Source: Phycisphaerales bacterium (GTDB lineage Bacteria > Planctomycetota > Phycisphaerae > WQYP01). Taken from it: 64,000 nt of DNA. A program made the translations under genes and the position numbers. The number at the start of each line of letters is the position of its first letter. The first letter of the stretch is position 1. The notes under the pieces were generated by a model, which was not told where the DNA came from, did not search any database, and saw only the letters and a program-made list of their open reading frames with translations. Location: NCBI GenBank assembly GCA_027451365.1, contig DAIDJN010000054.1, positions 3,690 to 67,689 of the forward strand, in the 5' to 3' direction. Below are positions 19,600-29,406 of the stretch, piece by piece.

Positions 19600-21032
19600 C
19601 GTTTGGCTCCCATGAATGCCGCGGCCTGATGTAAAATTGCCGCCAGCGGTGGAGGAATAAACAGACCCAGCATCAGGACCAGCAGCAGCGTCAGCAAAAT
19701 GGGCGCGGCGGTAAGAAACGTATCATGGTAACGCGTGCGTCGTGCGGCGCTGGAGGGGCGGCCCTGAACCACAGCCAGCACCGTGCGGCCCATTCCCAGG
19801 AAAATTATCAGCAGCAGAATCAGGAACGCCGCAGCCGCCCAATAGTGCCCGCCGGAAAATGCGCCGCCCAGAATCATGAATTCACTGACAAACGGTCCAA
19901 AGGGAGGCGACCCGGTGACGGCAATAAATCCCAGGAGAAAAAGCATTCCCGAAAGCGGCAGACGACGCATGGCTCCGCTGATTTCCGGGGTGGTCTTTGC
20001 GCCAAAAGCGCGATGAATATTCCCCGCGGAAAGAAACAGCACACCCTTCGTGAAGGCGTTGTTGATGATATGCAGCAATGCGCCGAACAGGGCCGGCCCG
20101 CCAATGCCCAGCCCCAGGACAAGTATGCCCATGTTTTCCACGCTGGAATAGGCGAGCATGCGTTTAATATCTTTCTGGCCCACAACAAATAGCGCGGCAA
20201 ACGTCATGGAAAGCAGCCCCATGAATATGAGAATGTGCGAGGTCCACAGGCCCTGTCCGGCCGCCCGAAGAATGTGGCCGGCGCGCATCACCATCAGAAA
20301 GGCGCAGCTTGTAAGTCCGCCCGACATCAATGCGCCAACGACGCCGGGCGCTTCGCCATACGCATCGGGCTTCCAGGTGTGCATGGGCGCAAGGCCCATT
20401 TTCGTGCCGTAGCCGACCAGCAGAAATATAAAGCCCCCTTGCAGCCAGGCCGCGTTCAGATGGGGCGCCTGCCGCACCAGCCCGTTGATTTCCAGCGTGG
20501 GCGTAATGCCCTGGCTGACCGCGGAATAGGCGACAAAAAATGAACCGAGCAGGGCCAAAGCGATGCCGACCGAACAGATCAGCAGAAATTTCCAGGTCGC
20601 TTCAATTGATCGCGGCGTCCGGTTGAAATAAATCAGCGGGGCGCAACTCAGCGTTGTTCCTTCCATGGCTATCCACATCACGCCCAGGTGGTCAGAGCAG
20701 GTCACCAGCGTCATGGCACCCAGAAACAGCGGCAGGCAGCAGCAGAACACGCGGTTGATGCGCTCGGTCCGGTACCGAAGATAGCCGACCGCATAAAATG
20801 AACAGACCAGAAAAAGACCGCTGATCACCAGAAGCACAATTTTTCCCGGCGGGTCAATCGCCAGGTAATGCCGCCAGTATCCGGTGTCCGATCCTTCCAG
20901 AATCGTCAATACCAATCCGAAATGCGCCACACCCACCGCGGGCAAAATCAGCGGACGGTAGCGCTCGGACGGAATGATCACCGCAATACCCGCGCCCAAC
21001 AGACAAACAAGCAATATGGCCAGATATATCAC
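19596..21032 (-). CDS. hyfF: HyfF-like proton-translocating membrane subunit
   Basis: EATWKFLLICSVG, GYGTKMGLAPMHTWKPDAYGEAP, KRMLAYSSVE. Confidence 0.88.
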   Translation of the reverse strand: MIYLAILLVCLLGAGIAVIIPSERYRPLILPAVGVAHFGLVLTILEGSDTGYWRHYLAIDPPGKIVLLVISGLFLVCSFYAVGYLRYRTERINRVFCCCLPLFLGAMTLVTCSDHLGVMWIAMEGTTLSCAPLIYFNRTPRSIEATWKFLLICSVGIALALLGSFFVAYSAVSQGITPTLEINGLVRQAPHLNAAWLQGGFIFLLVGYGTKMGLAPMHTWKPDAYGEAPGVVGALMSGGLTSCAFLMVMRAGHILRAAGQGLWTSHILIFMGLLSMTFAALFVVGQKDIKRMLAYSSVENMGILVLGLGIGGPALFGALLHIINNAFTKGVLFLSAGNIHRAFGAKTTPEISGAMRRLPLSGMLFLLGFIAVTGSPPFGPFVSEFMILGGAFSGGHYWAAAAFLILLLIIFLGMGRTVLAVVQGRPSSAARRTRYHDTFLTAAPILLTLLLVLMLGLFIPPPLAAILHQAAAFMGAKR

Positions 21033-21035
21033 AGT

Positions 21036-21674
21036 CTATTCTTTCAGCGCCGCAAGCTGGCGCGTATCCAAAGAGGAAAACGTCCGGTTTATATGATGCA
21101 GAATAATACTGATCACAAATATACCCACGAATAAATCCAACAGAATTCCCAGTTCCACCAGTGACGGAATCGCCGCCAGAAGCAACAGCCCGAAAACAAA
21201 TATGCCGTTTTCCAGAAGCAGAAAGCCAATGGTTTGCGTAACCGCCTTGACCCGTGCGGTAAGAAGCAGAAATCCCGTAAAAATGGTGGATATTGACGTT
21301 GGTATCACCAGCAGCCCCAGCGGGTGCCGCGGGCCGGATAACCGCGCCGCCATCAGCAATGCGAACCCGGTGACCAGGGCACCCAGCAGAATGCTGGGCA
21401 TGAAGCCGACAATGGGTTCAACTTCCTTTTTTACATTCGCGTCGCGCAGTGCCTTGAGCAGCATGTAGGGTATAAGAAGCCCCTTCACGGCCACGGTAAT
21501 TGCCGCCATAAACAGGGGCACACCGCCGCGATCGTGCAATGCCAGTACGGGCAGAAGACCAAGCAGCACGCCCTGCAAAGCCGCCGCACGCACCAGAGAA
21601 CTCATGCGCCCGGCTCCCAGAGCGTAGAGATTCATCAGAATCACGAGAACCAGAACTGCGTTAAGTATGAGCAT
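21036..21674 (-). CDS. hyfE: HyfE-like membrane subunit
   Basis: QG..L, VKGLLIP, LLENGI, VELGILLD; operon position. Confidence 0.85.
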   Translation of the reverse strand: MLILNAVLVLVILMNLYALGAGRMSSLVRAAALQGVLLGLLPVLALHDRGGVPLFMAAITVAVKGLLIPYMLLKALRDANVKKEVEPIVGFMPSILLGALVTGFALLMAARLSGPRHPLGLLVIPTSISTIFTGFLLLTARVKAVTQTIGFLLLENGIFVFGLLLLAAIPSLVELGILLDLFVGIFVISIILHHINRTFSSLDTRQLAALKE

Positions 21675-21689
21675 AAATATCCCAATGTA

Positions 21690-22667
21690 TCAGCCAACCA
21701 GCAGAAGAAATCCAAACGCGCCAAGCAGGCTTGCGACCGCCAGTAAAGTTGGAACAGACTTCATGCGCAATCGCGCCATCGTGGATTCGACGATGCCAAC
21801 GATGACCCCGGTTATGGGCAATCCGATAAGCATCAGGACCCAGAGTTGCGTGAATTCTCCGTTCAGGCCGCGGTCAAGCGGAACAAGAATATGAACAAGC
21901 AACGCCGCCAGAATCAGCATTTTCAGGCTTGAACCATATATTTGAGCCGCCAGTAAGGGGCCGCTGTTGTCCAGAATCATCACTTCGTGAATCATGGTCA
22001 GTTCCAGATGTGTGTTGGGATCATCCACCGGGATGCGGCCGCATTCGGCAATTAAAACCACAAACAGGCCCATGGCGGAAAGGACCATTGCGGCCATGGC
22101 CCGTGCCGAAATAAGCCCATGGCCCGCGGGAAACAGAAGGATGGACAGGCTCAGGCCGGCCAGTGGACCGGAAAGCGCGGGGGCGGCGCCAGTTGCAATT
22201 GAACCGGCAACTTTAACCAATACCAGAAGCACCAGAAAAAGGGCGGGTTCGGAAAAGACCGCAAATGCTATTTCCCGCGCCACACCCATCCCTTCAAACG
22301 AAGACCCTGTGTCCAGGGCCGCCAACGTGGTAAAAAAACGGGCCAGGGACAGCAGATAAACAAACAGTATCAGATCGCCGGTGAAATGTATGGGCGCGGC
22401 GCCCGGTCCCAGCGGCACAAGCAGGCCGGCCAGCAAGATTGCACCTAGTGTCAGCCACGGCGCGGTGACAAACAGCCAGGTTGTCGTGTTGCTTATGACC
22501 GGTTTCTTTGCCCAGAGTCGCCGAAGATCGTAATAGGTCTGCAAAACCGGCGGACCACGGCGACCCGCCAGCCACGCTTTTGTCCTGTTGATAATGCCGG
22601 GCAGCAGCGGAGGCGCAAGAATCAGCAGCAGAATTTCAAAGGCGATTGTGAGCAGATGGCTTAACAT
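21690..22667 (-). CDS. hyfC: HyfC/HycD (NuoH-like) membrane subunit
   Basis: GRRGPPVLQ, LDTGSSFEGMG..RE, ECGRIPVDDPNTHLELTMIHE. Confidence 0.9.
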   Translation of the reverse strand: MLSHLLTIAFEILLLILAPPLLPGIINRTKAWLAGRRGPPVLQTYYDLRRLWAKKPVISNTTTWLFVTAPWLTLGAILLAGLLVPLGPGAAPIHFTGDLILFVYLLSLARFFTTLAALDTGSSFEGMGVAREIAFAVFSEPALFLVLLVLVKVAGSIATGAAPALSGPLAGLSLSILLFPAGHGLISARAMAAMVLSAMGLFVVLIAECGRIPVDDPNTHLELTMIHEVMILDNSGPLLAAQIYGSSLKMLILAALLVHILVPLDRGLNGEFTQLWVLMLIGLPITGVIVGIVESTMARLRMKSVPTLLAVASLLGAFGFLLLVG

Positions 22668-22685
22668 AACCGGATTCCGTAAAAA

Positions 22686-24674
22686 TCAGCCCGCAAAAAC
22701 CATACAGGTCAGAAGTATCAAAAGAATTAAAAATATATAAAGCACATACAAATGTACTTTCCCGCCCTGAATCGCGCGAGCCGCAACCGCAAAATCTCCG
22801 GCCCGGTTTGCGGCCGGTTCAATTAACTGATTCAGCAGCGGGTCGGGCGTGGCGCGGTCGAAGCGGGCAGGAGCGGGGAAAAGGCCGCGAATATCCGGTG
22901 TCTGCCGCCGTGACAGAATGATTCCCCGGAACAGTCGCGCGCCAATCTGCAACAGCGATGCGCCGGAATAGGCCATACGGCCATTCGGCATCGCGTAGCC
23001 GCAATCCCACGTTCCCGTGCGATTGGTAAAATTCCCGGTTCGGCGGCGCCATATTGTTGAAACCATCCAGGCTGCCACGCATAGCAGAAGCAGCGACAGT
23101 ATGGGCAATGTGAAACTGCGCAGGGGCAGGATGGCTGTGATGGCCGGTAACCGCAGGTCCGGTTGCCAGGCGGCCAGCGCTGAACTTAATGCCGGCGTGA
23201 CGAGGACCGGTACGATGCCGATCAGCAGACATAACACACCCAGAATGGCCATTGGCACAAGCATGAATCCGGATGGATCATGCGCCCGGGCCGGTGCTGC
23301 GCCGCGCGGTTTGCCGGTAAAGCAGGTGGAAATCCACGTCGTGAAAACCGCCAATGCCAGGGCACCGGTCATGGCCAGCATCACCGCGACAACCGCGATC
23401 AGGGAGAGACTTGATTTTTCTACCGTTGTATGCAGAAGCCCCAGATAAATGATCCATTCGCTTACAAAACCATTGAGCGGAGGCAAACCTGTGATCGCCA
23501 TTACCCCCAGCGTCATCAGAACAAAGGTGCGCGGCATCGGTTTGGCCAGGCCGCCGAGTGAATCCATCGTGCGCTGGCCGGTGGCATGAATAATACCTCC
23601 GGCCCCCATGAACAACAGCGGTTTAAACAGGCTGTGATTCACCATGTGCAGCAATGCGCCGATCAGGCCGAGGGTTACCAGAATCGGCTGATGCAGGGTT
23701 AAACCCAGTTCCGCCAGCCCCAGCCCCACGGTCACAATACCCATATTTTCTATACTGCTGAACGCCATCATTTTTTTGAAGTCCTGCTGAGCCATGGCCC
23801 AGACGATTCCCAGAAATGCCGAAATGATTCCCAGTGCCATAAAGGTGATTCCCCACCATAACGGCGGCTGGGCGAACAGCCCTGCGATTCTTACCAGTCC
23901 GTAAACGCCCATGGTGAGCATAACGCCGGAAAATAGCGCTGACACGTGACTGGGCGCAACTGCGTGTGCGCCGGGCAGCCAGACATGCAGCGGCACCAGA
24001 CCCGCCTTTAGCCCGAAACCGGTCAATCCGAGAACAAACATTGCCGCTGCCAGACTGCCCGGTGTCCCGGATAAATGCACCGGCCATAAGACCAGTGAAC
24101 CATGGATCAGATGCAGCAGAATAAAAAAGGCAACCAGCGCCAGAGTGGCAATATGCGTCGCGATAAAATAAATCCAGCCAGCGTGCCGCGCTGCTGAATC
24201 GGAATCTTCGGTGGTTAAAAGAAAGTAGCCGGATATGGCCATGAATTCCCATCCGGCAAGAAATACCAGCACCTGTCCGGCCAGCACCACCAGGGCCATG
24301 CCGGCGGACATCCAGCCCCAGAATATCCCAAGCTTTCGACCATTGGCCGGATTGCGCGTCTGCGGCCAGTAACCGATTCCATACGCCGATCCAAGTGCCG
24401 AAATCCCAAAAATCGGCAATAAAAAAAGTGCGCCCAGGGCGTCCAAGGTAAAGGCGGGCCGCCCCAGTGGCGTCGACCATGGCAGCACAAGGTGCCATAC
24501 CCGCCGCTCCCCAAGGCCATAAGCCGCCAATGTGCCCATCCCAATCGCGCATCCTGCTGTAAGCAAAATGGTCGTCAGAATTTGTCCGCGATTCGACCGC
24601 CGACGGAAAGCCATCGCCGGAAGGCCGCTGGCGGCGATCAACACAATTGAAAATAAAAGTATAATCAGGAGCAT
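22686..24674 (-). CDS. HyfB-like (NuoL/MrpA family) antiporter subunit, copy 2
   Basis: WEFMAIS, GLKAGLVPLHVWLPGAHAVAPSHVSA, NHSLFK, PPLNGFVSEW, TWDCGY. Confidence 0.9.
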   Translation of the reverse strand: MLLIILLFSIVLIAASGLPAMAFRRRSNRGQILTTILLTAGCAIGMGTLAAYGLGERRVWHLVLPWSTPLGRPAFTLDALGALFLLPIFGISALGSAYGIGYWPQTRNPANGRKLGIFWGWMSAGMALVVLAGQVLVFLAGWEFMAISGYFLLTTEDSDSAARHAGWIYFIATHIATLALVAFFILLHLIHGSLVLWPVHLSGTPGSLAAAMFVLGLTGFGLKAGLVPLHVWLPGAHAVAPSHVSALFSGVMLTMGVYGLVRIAGLFAQPPLWWGITFMALGIISAFLGIVWAMAQQDFKKMMAFSSIENMGIVTVGLGLAELGLTLHQPILVTLGLIGALLHMVNHSLFKPLLFMGAGGIIHATGQRTMDSLGGLAKPMPRTFVLMTLGVMAITGLPPLNGFVSEWIIYLGLLHTTVEKSSLSLIAVVAVMLAMTGALALAVFTTWISTCFTGKPRGAAPARAHDPSGFMLVPMAILGVLCLLIGIVPVLVTPALSSALAAWQPDLRLPAITAILPLRSFTLPILSLLLLCVAAWMVSTIWRRRTGNFTNRTGTWDCGYAMPNGRMAYSGASLLQIGARLFRGIILSRRQTPDIRGLFPAPARFDRATPDPLLNQLIEPAANRAGDFAVAARAIQGGKVHLYVLYIFLILLILLTCMVFAG

Positions 24675-24717
24675 AATATCATCTGCCTCGTGCAGTTCGG
24701 CCCTCGCGGCGGACACC

Positions 24718-26817
24718 TTAAAACAAAGCCTTAAATAAAAATCCAATCGGCAAATTGCACGCCAGCAATCCGATTAACGCGGCCAGCATATAAAGCAGGT
24801 AGTTTTGCCCGCTTCCCTGCTGCAACACCTTTCCCAGGTTCATCATCCGCCGTATCAATTGCCATGCGGGGATCAAAATGCCGCGCAAAACCGGATCGTC
24901 AGCTCGGGTGTGAAAGCTGTTTCCGACGGGAATCCAGCCCCGCGTGCCAAGCGTCTTTCTGCCTGCGCACCGCACGCTGGAAAGCGGGCCGACAGAGCGC
25001 AAAAGCAATTGCCCCAGCGAAGAAGCCGTGTATTGCATTCGCGCCGCGGGCCGGACGTATCCGCAGTCCCACGTGGGCACGGACCGGTGTTTTAAAAAGC
25101 GTTTCCCCATCCAGACGGCTGCCAGGATCACGCCAAGCAGGCTGATTGCCGCAGTTGTGATGACCCCAAAAGGAATAAGCCCGGTCAGATGTGGCAAGGC
25201 TGGTGGCAAATGGTGGTACGCGGACGATACCGCCTGGCGTCGTGAATGCATAGGCCATACCCTCGGTGAAGCTAAAAGGAATTGTACGGGCGTCTGAGAT
25301 CCGGCATGCGGAACCAGTTCGTCGGCGGTGCGCTGAAGGGGGCCGCAAAGCGCTGCCGGTAACAGACCTATCAGCAGACAAGCGGTGGCCAGTATCAGCA
25401 TCGGAACCCACATGGTGGCCGCCGCCTCATGCACGGTTCTGCGGACATGCCGCCGCGCACCCAGAAAGGCTATGCCAAAAGCCTTGGTAAAGCAGGCCGC
25501 GGCCAGGGCGCCGGCCATGGCCAGAATGACGGCGCCAACCGCCAGAACCGGCATCGCCCCGAGTGTGTACAATAAACCAAGATATATAAACAATTCACTG
25601 ATAAAGCCGTTCAGCGGTGGAAAGCCGCATATAGCGCAGGCCCCCGTTAAAAACAGAACCGCCGTAAGTGGCATGGCGCGCGCAAGTCCGCCCATCGTGT
25701 CAATATCCCGCGTATTTGCGGCGTGAATGGCGCTGCCGCCGGAAAGAAACAGAAGCGACTTAAACAGACTGTGATTCCAGACATGCAGCAGGCAGCCGGC
25801 CAGCCCCAGAATGACCCAGACCGGGTGGTGGCTTGCCCGGCCGATCATCGCCAGCCCCAGCCCCATTAAAATAATGCCGATATTTTCCACGCTGTGATAA
25901 GCCAGCAGTTTCTTAAGGTCATGCTGGCCGATGGCCCACAGCACTCCCAGAAAGGTGCTCAGGAGTCCCAAAATCATCACAATAAGTCCCCAGCCCAGAC
26001 GATGAGCCGGCAGTAAAAACAGGATACGAAGCAAACCAAAAATTCCCATTTTGATCATCACGCCGGAGAGTGTGGCCGAGACATGACTCGGGGCACCGGC
26101 GTGGGCGTCCGGAAGCCAGAAATGCAGCGGCATCATGCCGGCTTTCATGCCAAAGGCTGCCAGAGCCAGCAGAAATACTGTGCTTTGGGCTGCCACACTC
26201 GCTGAATGGGGACCCCTTCCGTGCAATCCCACAAGATGCCAGGTGCCGGTAATCTGATGCAAATAAGCGAACATGCCGAACAACAGCAGCGTGCTGCCAT
26301 GGGTTGCCACCAGATAAACCCATGCCGCCTGTCGAACGGCGGGCTTGTGATCTTCGGTTGCAATCAGAAAAAAAGCACTGATCGCCATTATTTCCCACGC
26401 CAGCAGGAAACTCATCGCGCTGGCCGCAATCGTCAGAACCGTCATGCCGGCAATCAGCAGGCCGAACCAAGTGCGCAATCCCCTGGCGTTCCGCGGATGC
26501 CGCAATTGCGGCCAATAGCCGATACCGTAAATGGAGGCCAGCGCGCCGATAAGAAAAATGGGAACCAGAAAAAATGCCGCCAGCGGATCCAGCCGCAAGC
26601 ACAACGTCATGATCGGCAGCGTGGCATGGAATTCAAGCGGCGCGGCCGATTTGCCCAATAATATTCCGATTGCGCCAGTCAGGCCGATTGCCCCGGCCGC
26701 CATGGCGATCCCGGTGGAGAGCCACTGCCCCCATTTGGAGCGCCGGCCGGCCGCGAGGCCACAAACTCCACTGCAGGCGAACCCCGCAGCCGCCACGAGT
26801 GTCAATATCAACCACAT
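24718..26817 (-). CDS. HyfB-like (NuoL/MrpA family) antiporter subunit, copy 1
   Basis: WEIMAIS, KAGMMPLHFWLPDAHAGAPSHVSA, DLKKLLAYHSVENIG, PPLNGFISE, TWDCGY. Confidence 0.9.
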   Translation of the reverse strand: MWLILTLVAAAGFACSGVCGLAAGRRSKWGQWLSTGIAMAAGAIGLTGAIGILLGKSAAPLEFHATLPIMTLCLRLDPLAAFFLVPIFLIGALASIYGIGYWPQLRHPRNARGLRTWFGLLIAGMTVLTIAASAMSFLLAWEIMAISAFFLIATEDHKPAVRQAAWVYLVATHGSTLLLFGMFAYLHQITGTWHLVGLHGRGPHSASVAAQSTVFLLALAAFGMKAGMMPLHFWLPDAHAGAPSHVSATLSGVMIKMGIFGLLRILFLLPAHRLGWGLIVMILGLLSTFLGVLWAIGQHDLKKLLAYHSVENIGIILMGLGLAMIGRASHHPVWVILGLAGCLLHVWNHSLFKSLLFLSGGSAIHAANTRDIDTMGGLARAMPLTAVLFLTGACAICGFPPLNGFISELFIYLGLLYTLGAMPVLAVGAVILAMAGALAAACFTKAFGIAFLGARRHVRRTVHEAAATMWVPMLILATACLLIGLLPAALCGPLQRTADELVPHAGSQTPVQFLLASPRVWPMHSRRQAVSSAYHHLPPALPHLTGLIPFGVITTAAISLLGVILAAVWMGKRFLKHRSVPTWDCGYVRPAARMQYTASSLGQLLLRSVGPLSSVRCAGRKTLGTRGWIPVGNSFHTRADDPVLRGILIPAWQLIRRMMNLGKVLQQGSGQNYLLYMLAALIGLLACNLPIGFLFKALF

Positions 26818-27578
26818 GGTGTTCCCTGGCTTTTTGGAGCCTCATCCGGTTTCGCGGCCTGCGCGGGGGCGGTCATCGGCTTGGCCGGAGGGCTTGCCGG
26901 CAACGGGTCGATATTGGCTTCGATCTGGCGCAGCGAGCGTAATATATCGTCCCTTGATGCCTGCCCCTGAATGGCCGCCATGAAGACGGAATCCCGCAAG
27001 GCAAAAGCCAGCCGCGAAAGCAGTTGCAGATGAGCCCGCACGGTCGGACTGATCAATGTAAAAAGGATGTGGACCGGTTGTTTATCCAGCGATCCAAAAT
27101 CAATTGGCGTTTCCAGGAAGCAAAGGGTGACCATCGGTTTGGCTACGTGCAGTACGATCGGGTTGCGTACGTGCGGAATCGCAATACCATTGCCTATGCC
27201 GGTGGAACCGAGTGCCTCGCGCGCCAGAAGCACCTGATATAAAAAATCGCGGTCCACTTCTTCGGGCAAGCGCATGACTTCCACAATCGAATGCAGTGCC
27301 TGGGCCTTGTCGGCACCACCTATGCGATAGTAGACGCCGCCATCGCGCAGGGCATCACCCAAAGTCGGTGGCGGAGATTCTGTCGTCTGGTCTTCCACAA
27401 AAATTTCTGGTGAAACCTGAATTTTGCGAGAGGTGGCCCATTCTAAAAGCTCCGCACGGTTGAAGCGGTACTGCTCGTTGATTTGATATGCCGGTATCGC
27501 CCCCTGTTTAATCCAGCGATAAACGCTTTTTTCGGAAACATATAAAAGCCGAGCGGCATCGCGGACGGTCAACTTCAT
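26808..27578 (-). CDS. Excisionase/MerR-like HTH fused to PTS EIIA(Ntr)
   Basis: LTVRDAARLLYVSEKSVYRW..IPAYQI..QYRF (HTH_17) plus RE..GSTGIGNGIAIPH (phosphorylatable His); overlaps the next gene. Confidence 0.9.
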   Translation of the reverse strand: MKLTVRDAARLLYVSEKSVYRWIKQGAIPAYQINEQYRFNRAELLEWATSRKIQVSPEIFVEDQTTESPPPTLGDALRDGGVYYRIGGADKAQALHSIVEVMRLPEEVDRDFLYQVLLAREALGSTGIGNGIAIPHVRNPIVLHVAKPMVTLCFLETPIDFGSLDKQPVHILFTLISPTVRAHLQLLSRLAFALRDSVFMAAIQGQASRDDILRSLRQIEANIDPLPASPPAKPMTAPAQAAKPDEAPKSQGTPCG

Positions 27579-27608
27579 TTTTGTGATCCCCTTTCAATCC
27601 ACCGCCGA

Positions 27609-27677
27609 AGTGTAGCAATAATGTCCAAAGATGTCCAGTCTATGGTTTAAAAGTCTAAGCTACGACAACATTGTCTA
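27609..27677 (-). promoter_or_regulatory. Sigma70-like promoter of the Ehr operon overlapped by phased WWGTCYA repeats
   Basis: Minus strand TGGACA (27637-27632), 17 bp, TACACT (27614-27609) with an extended-10 TG; repeats at 27621, 27631, 27651 and 27671. Confidence 0.6.
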
Positions 27678-27828
27678 TATCGCCTAATATATGAAAAGTT
27701 GACATTTTACCGGTCTGGCGATCACTTGCGGTCGATGCGGTCAGAGAAATCTTAGGGCGATCAAAAAGGCAACGGGTTGACCGTCCTGATTATGCGCACA
27801 AACAAAATATTATGCGCGCGCAAATGTG

Positions 27829-27857
27829 TTGTGTAAACCGATTTGTTTTGCTAAGAT
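27829..27857 (+). promoter_or_regulatory. Putative promoter of the MFS gene with a LacI-like AAA-CG-TTT core
   Basis: TTGTGT, 17 bp, TAAGAT with an extended-10 TG; GTAAACCGATTTGT overlaps the -35 and spacer. Confidence 0.35.
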
Positions 27858-27914
27858 TCCCACCATCGCCAACGCACTTTAATTGACGCGAAATTCTTCG
27901 GCTGGAGGTTTTAT

Positions 27915-29312
27915 ATGGCAAAAACAGATTACTCCAACCCATTTGCGGCCGGACAGCCCGCGACCATCAGCTCGCCAAATGCTGGAAAGGTTCGATGGAT
28001 AATCTGTTTTCTGCTTTTTTATGTCACTACTGTCAACTACATTGACCGTGGCGTAATCGGCATGGTTGAGCCTAAACTGGCGAGACTTTTCACATGGACA
28101 CAGGCCGACTATGGCAACATTATTGTTGTCTTCCAAATTGCGTATGCTCTTGGCCTGCTTCTGGCCGGACGTTTTATTGACTGGATTGGCGTGCGGTGGG
28201 GATTCGCCATTGCGGTCGCCATCTGGAGTCTGGCGGAAATGAGCCATGGGCTGTTGATTTACCTTCCGGTCAATTCAACCTGGGCGCATGCCGCATGGAT
28301 TGTACAGTTGGGTGGCCTATCCATATTGGGTTTCGGTGTGGCGCGCTTTGTGCTGGGGTTTGCGGAATCCGCCAATTTTCCGGCCTGCATTCGCGCTGTG
28401 GCCGAATGGTTTCCTAAACGCCAGCGCGCCCTGGCCACCGGTTTGCTTAATTGCGGTGCCAATATCGGAGCCATCGCCACCCCGGTGCTGTTTACCTATA
28501 TTCTTCCGGCATTGAAACTCAACTGGTCAGCGGGCTTTTATGCGACCGGCCTATTGGAATTTGCCTGGATCGCGGTTTGGATATTCTTCTACCGGTCGCC
28601 GCGGAACCATTCCATGGTATCGCCTGCGGAGCTGGCGTTTATTGAAAGTGAACCAGATCCGCCCTCGCAAAAAGTCAGTTGGGCCGAATTGCTCCGCCAC
28701 CGGCAGACCTGGGCGTTTGTGGTGGTGAAATTCATGACGGATCCAATCTGGTGGTTCTGGCTGTTCTGGATTCCCGATTTTCTTCACAGCCAGTACAAGC
28801 TCAACATCACTTCGTTCGGGCCGGCGGTGATTGTTATTTATTCCATGACAACCGTCGGCAGTATTTTTGGTGGCTGGCTTTCCGGCTTTTTCATGCGTCG
28901 CGGCATGACCGTCAACAAAGCCCGCAAGCTGACCATGCTGGCCATGGCCTGTTGTGTGCCGCCGGTTATTCTGGTGGAATTTATTCCCGGCCAGAAATAC
29001 CTCTGGCTGGTGGTGTTTTTGATCGGACTGGCGGCATCGGCGCATCAGGGCTTTTCCGCCAACATTTTTACGGTCGCCTCGGATGTGGTTCCGCGATTTG
29101 CCGTTGGCACGCTGGTGGGTCTGGGCGGAATGGCCGGCGCGATCGGTGGAATTATTCTGGCGTGGCTGGTAGGACATATTCTTACCTGGACGCATAACAA
29201 CTACACCATTCCGTTTGTCATTGCAGGATCCTCTTACCTGGTGGCGATGGGGATTATGCAGCTTATTATGCCGCGGCTGGCGCCAATTACACTGAAAACC
29301 GCAAACCCTTGA
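27915..29312 (+). CDS. exuT: MFS hexuronate transporter (ExuT-like)
   Basis: NYIDR, GRFIDWIG, AEWFPKRQRALATG..N.G, DPIWWFWLFWIP, AHQGFSAN. Confidence 0.85.
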   Translation: MAKTDYSNPFAAGQPATISSPNAGKVRWIICFLLFYVTTVNYIDRGVIGMVEPKLARLFTWTQADYGNIIVVFQIAYALGLLLAGRFIDWIGVRWGFAIAVAIWSLAEMSHGLLIYLPVNSTWAHAAWIVQLGGLSILGFGVARFVLGFAESANFPACIRAVAEWFPKRQRALATGLLNCGANIGAIATPVLFTYILPALKLNWSAGFYATGLLEFAWIAVWIFFYRSPRNHSMVSPAELAFIESEPDPPSQKVSWAELLRHRQTWAFVVVKFMTDPIWWFWLFWIPDFLHSQYKLNITSFGPAVIVIYSMTTVGSIFGGWLSGFFMRRGMTVNKARKLTMLAMACCVPPVILVEFIPGQKYLWLVVFLIGLAASAHQGFSANIFTVASDVVPRFAVGTLVGLGGMAGAIGGIILAWLVGHILTWTHNNYTIPFVIAGSSYLVAMGIMQLIMPRLAPITLKTANP

Positions 29313-29406
29313 AAAAAGCCAGTTGCCGGAATATTGGCGTTGCCATTACCATGCTGGCGGTACCACCGCTGGTGATTGGGCCAGTGGCCTTGTCCGGATA
29401 TGCTTT

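Noticed and set aside
17210-26817. Functional [NiFe] hydrogenase-4 / formate hydrogenlyase
   Set aside because: Both Ni-binding CxxC pairs are missing, and no maturation or fdh genes are present here.
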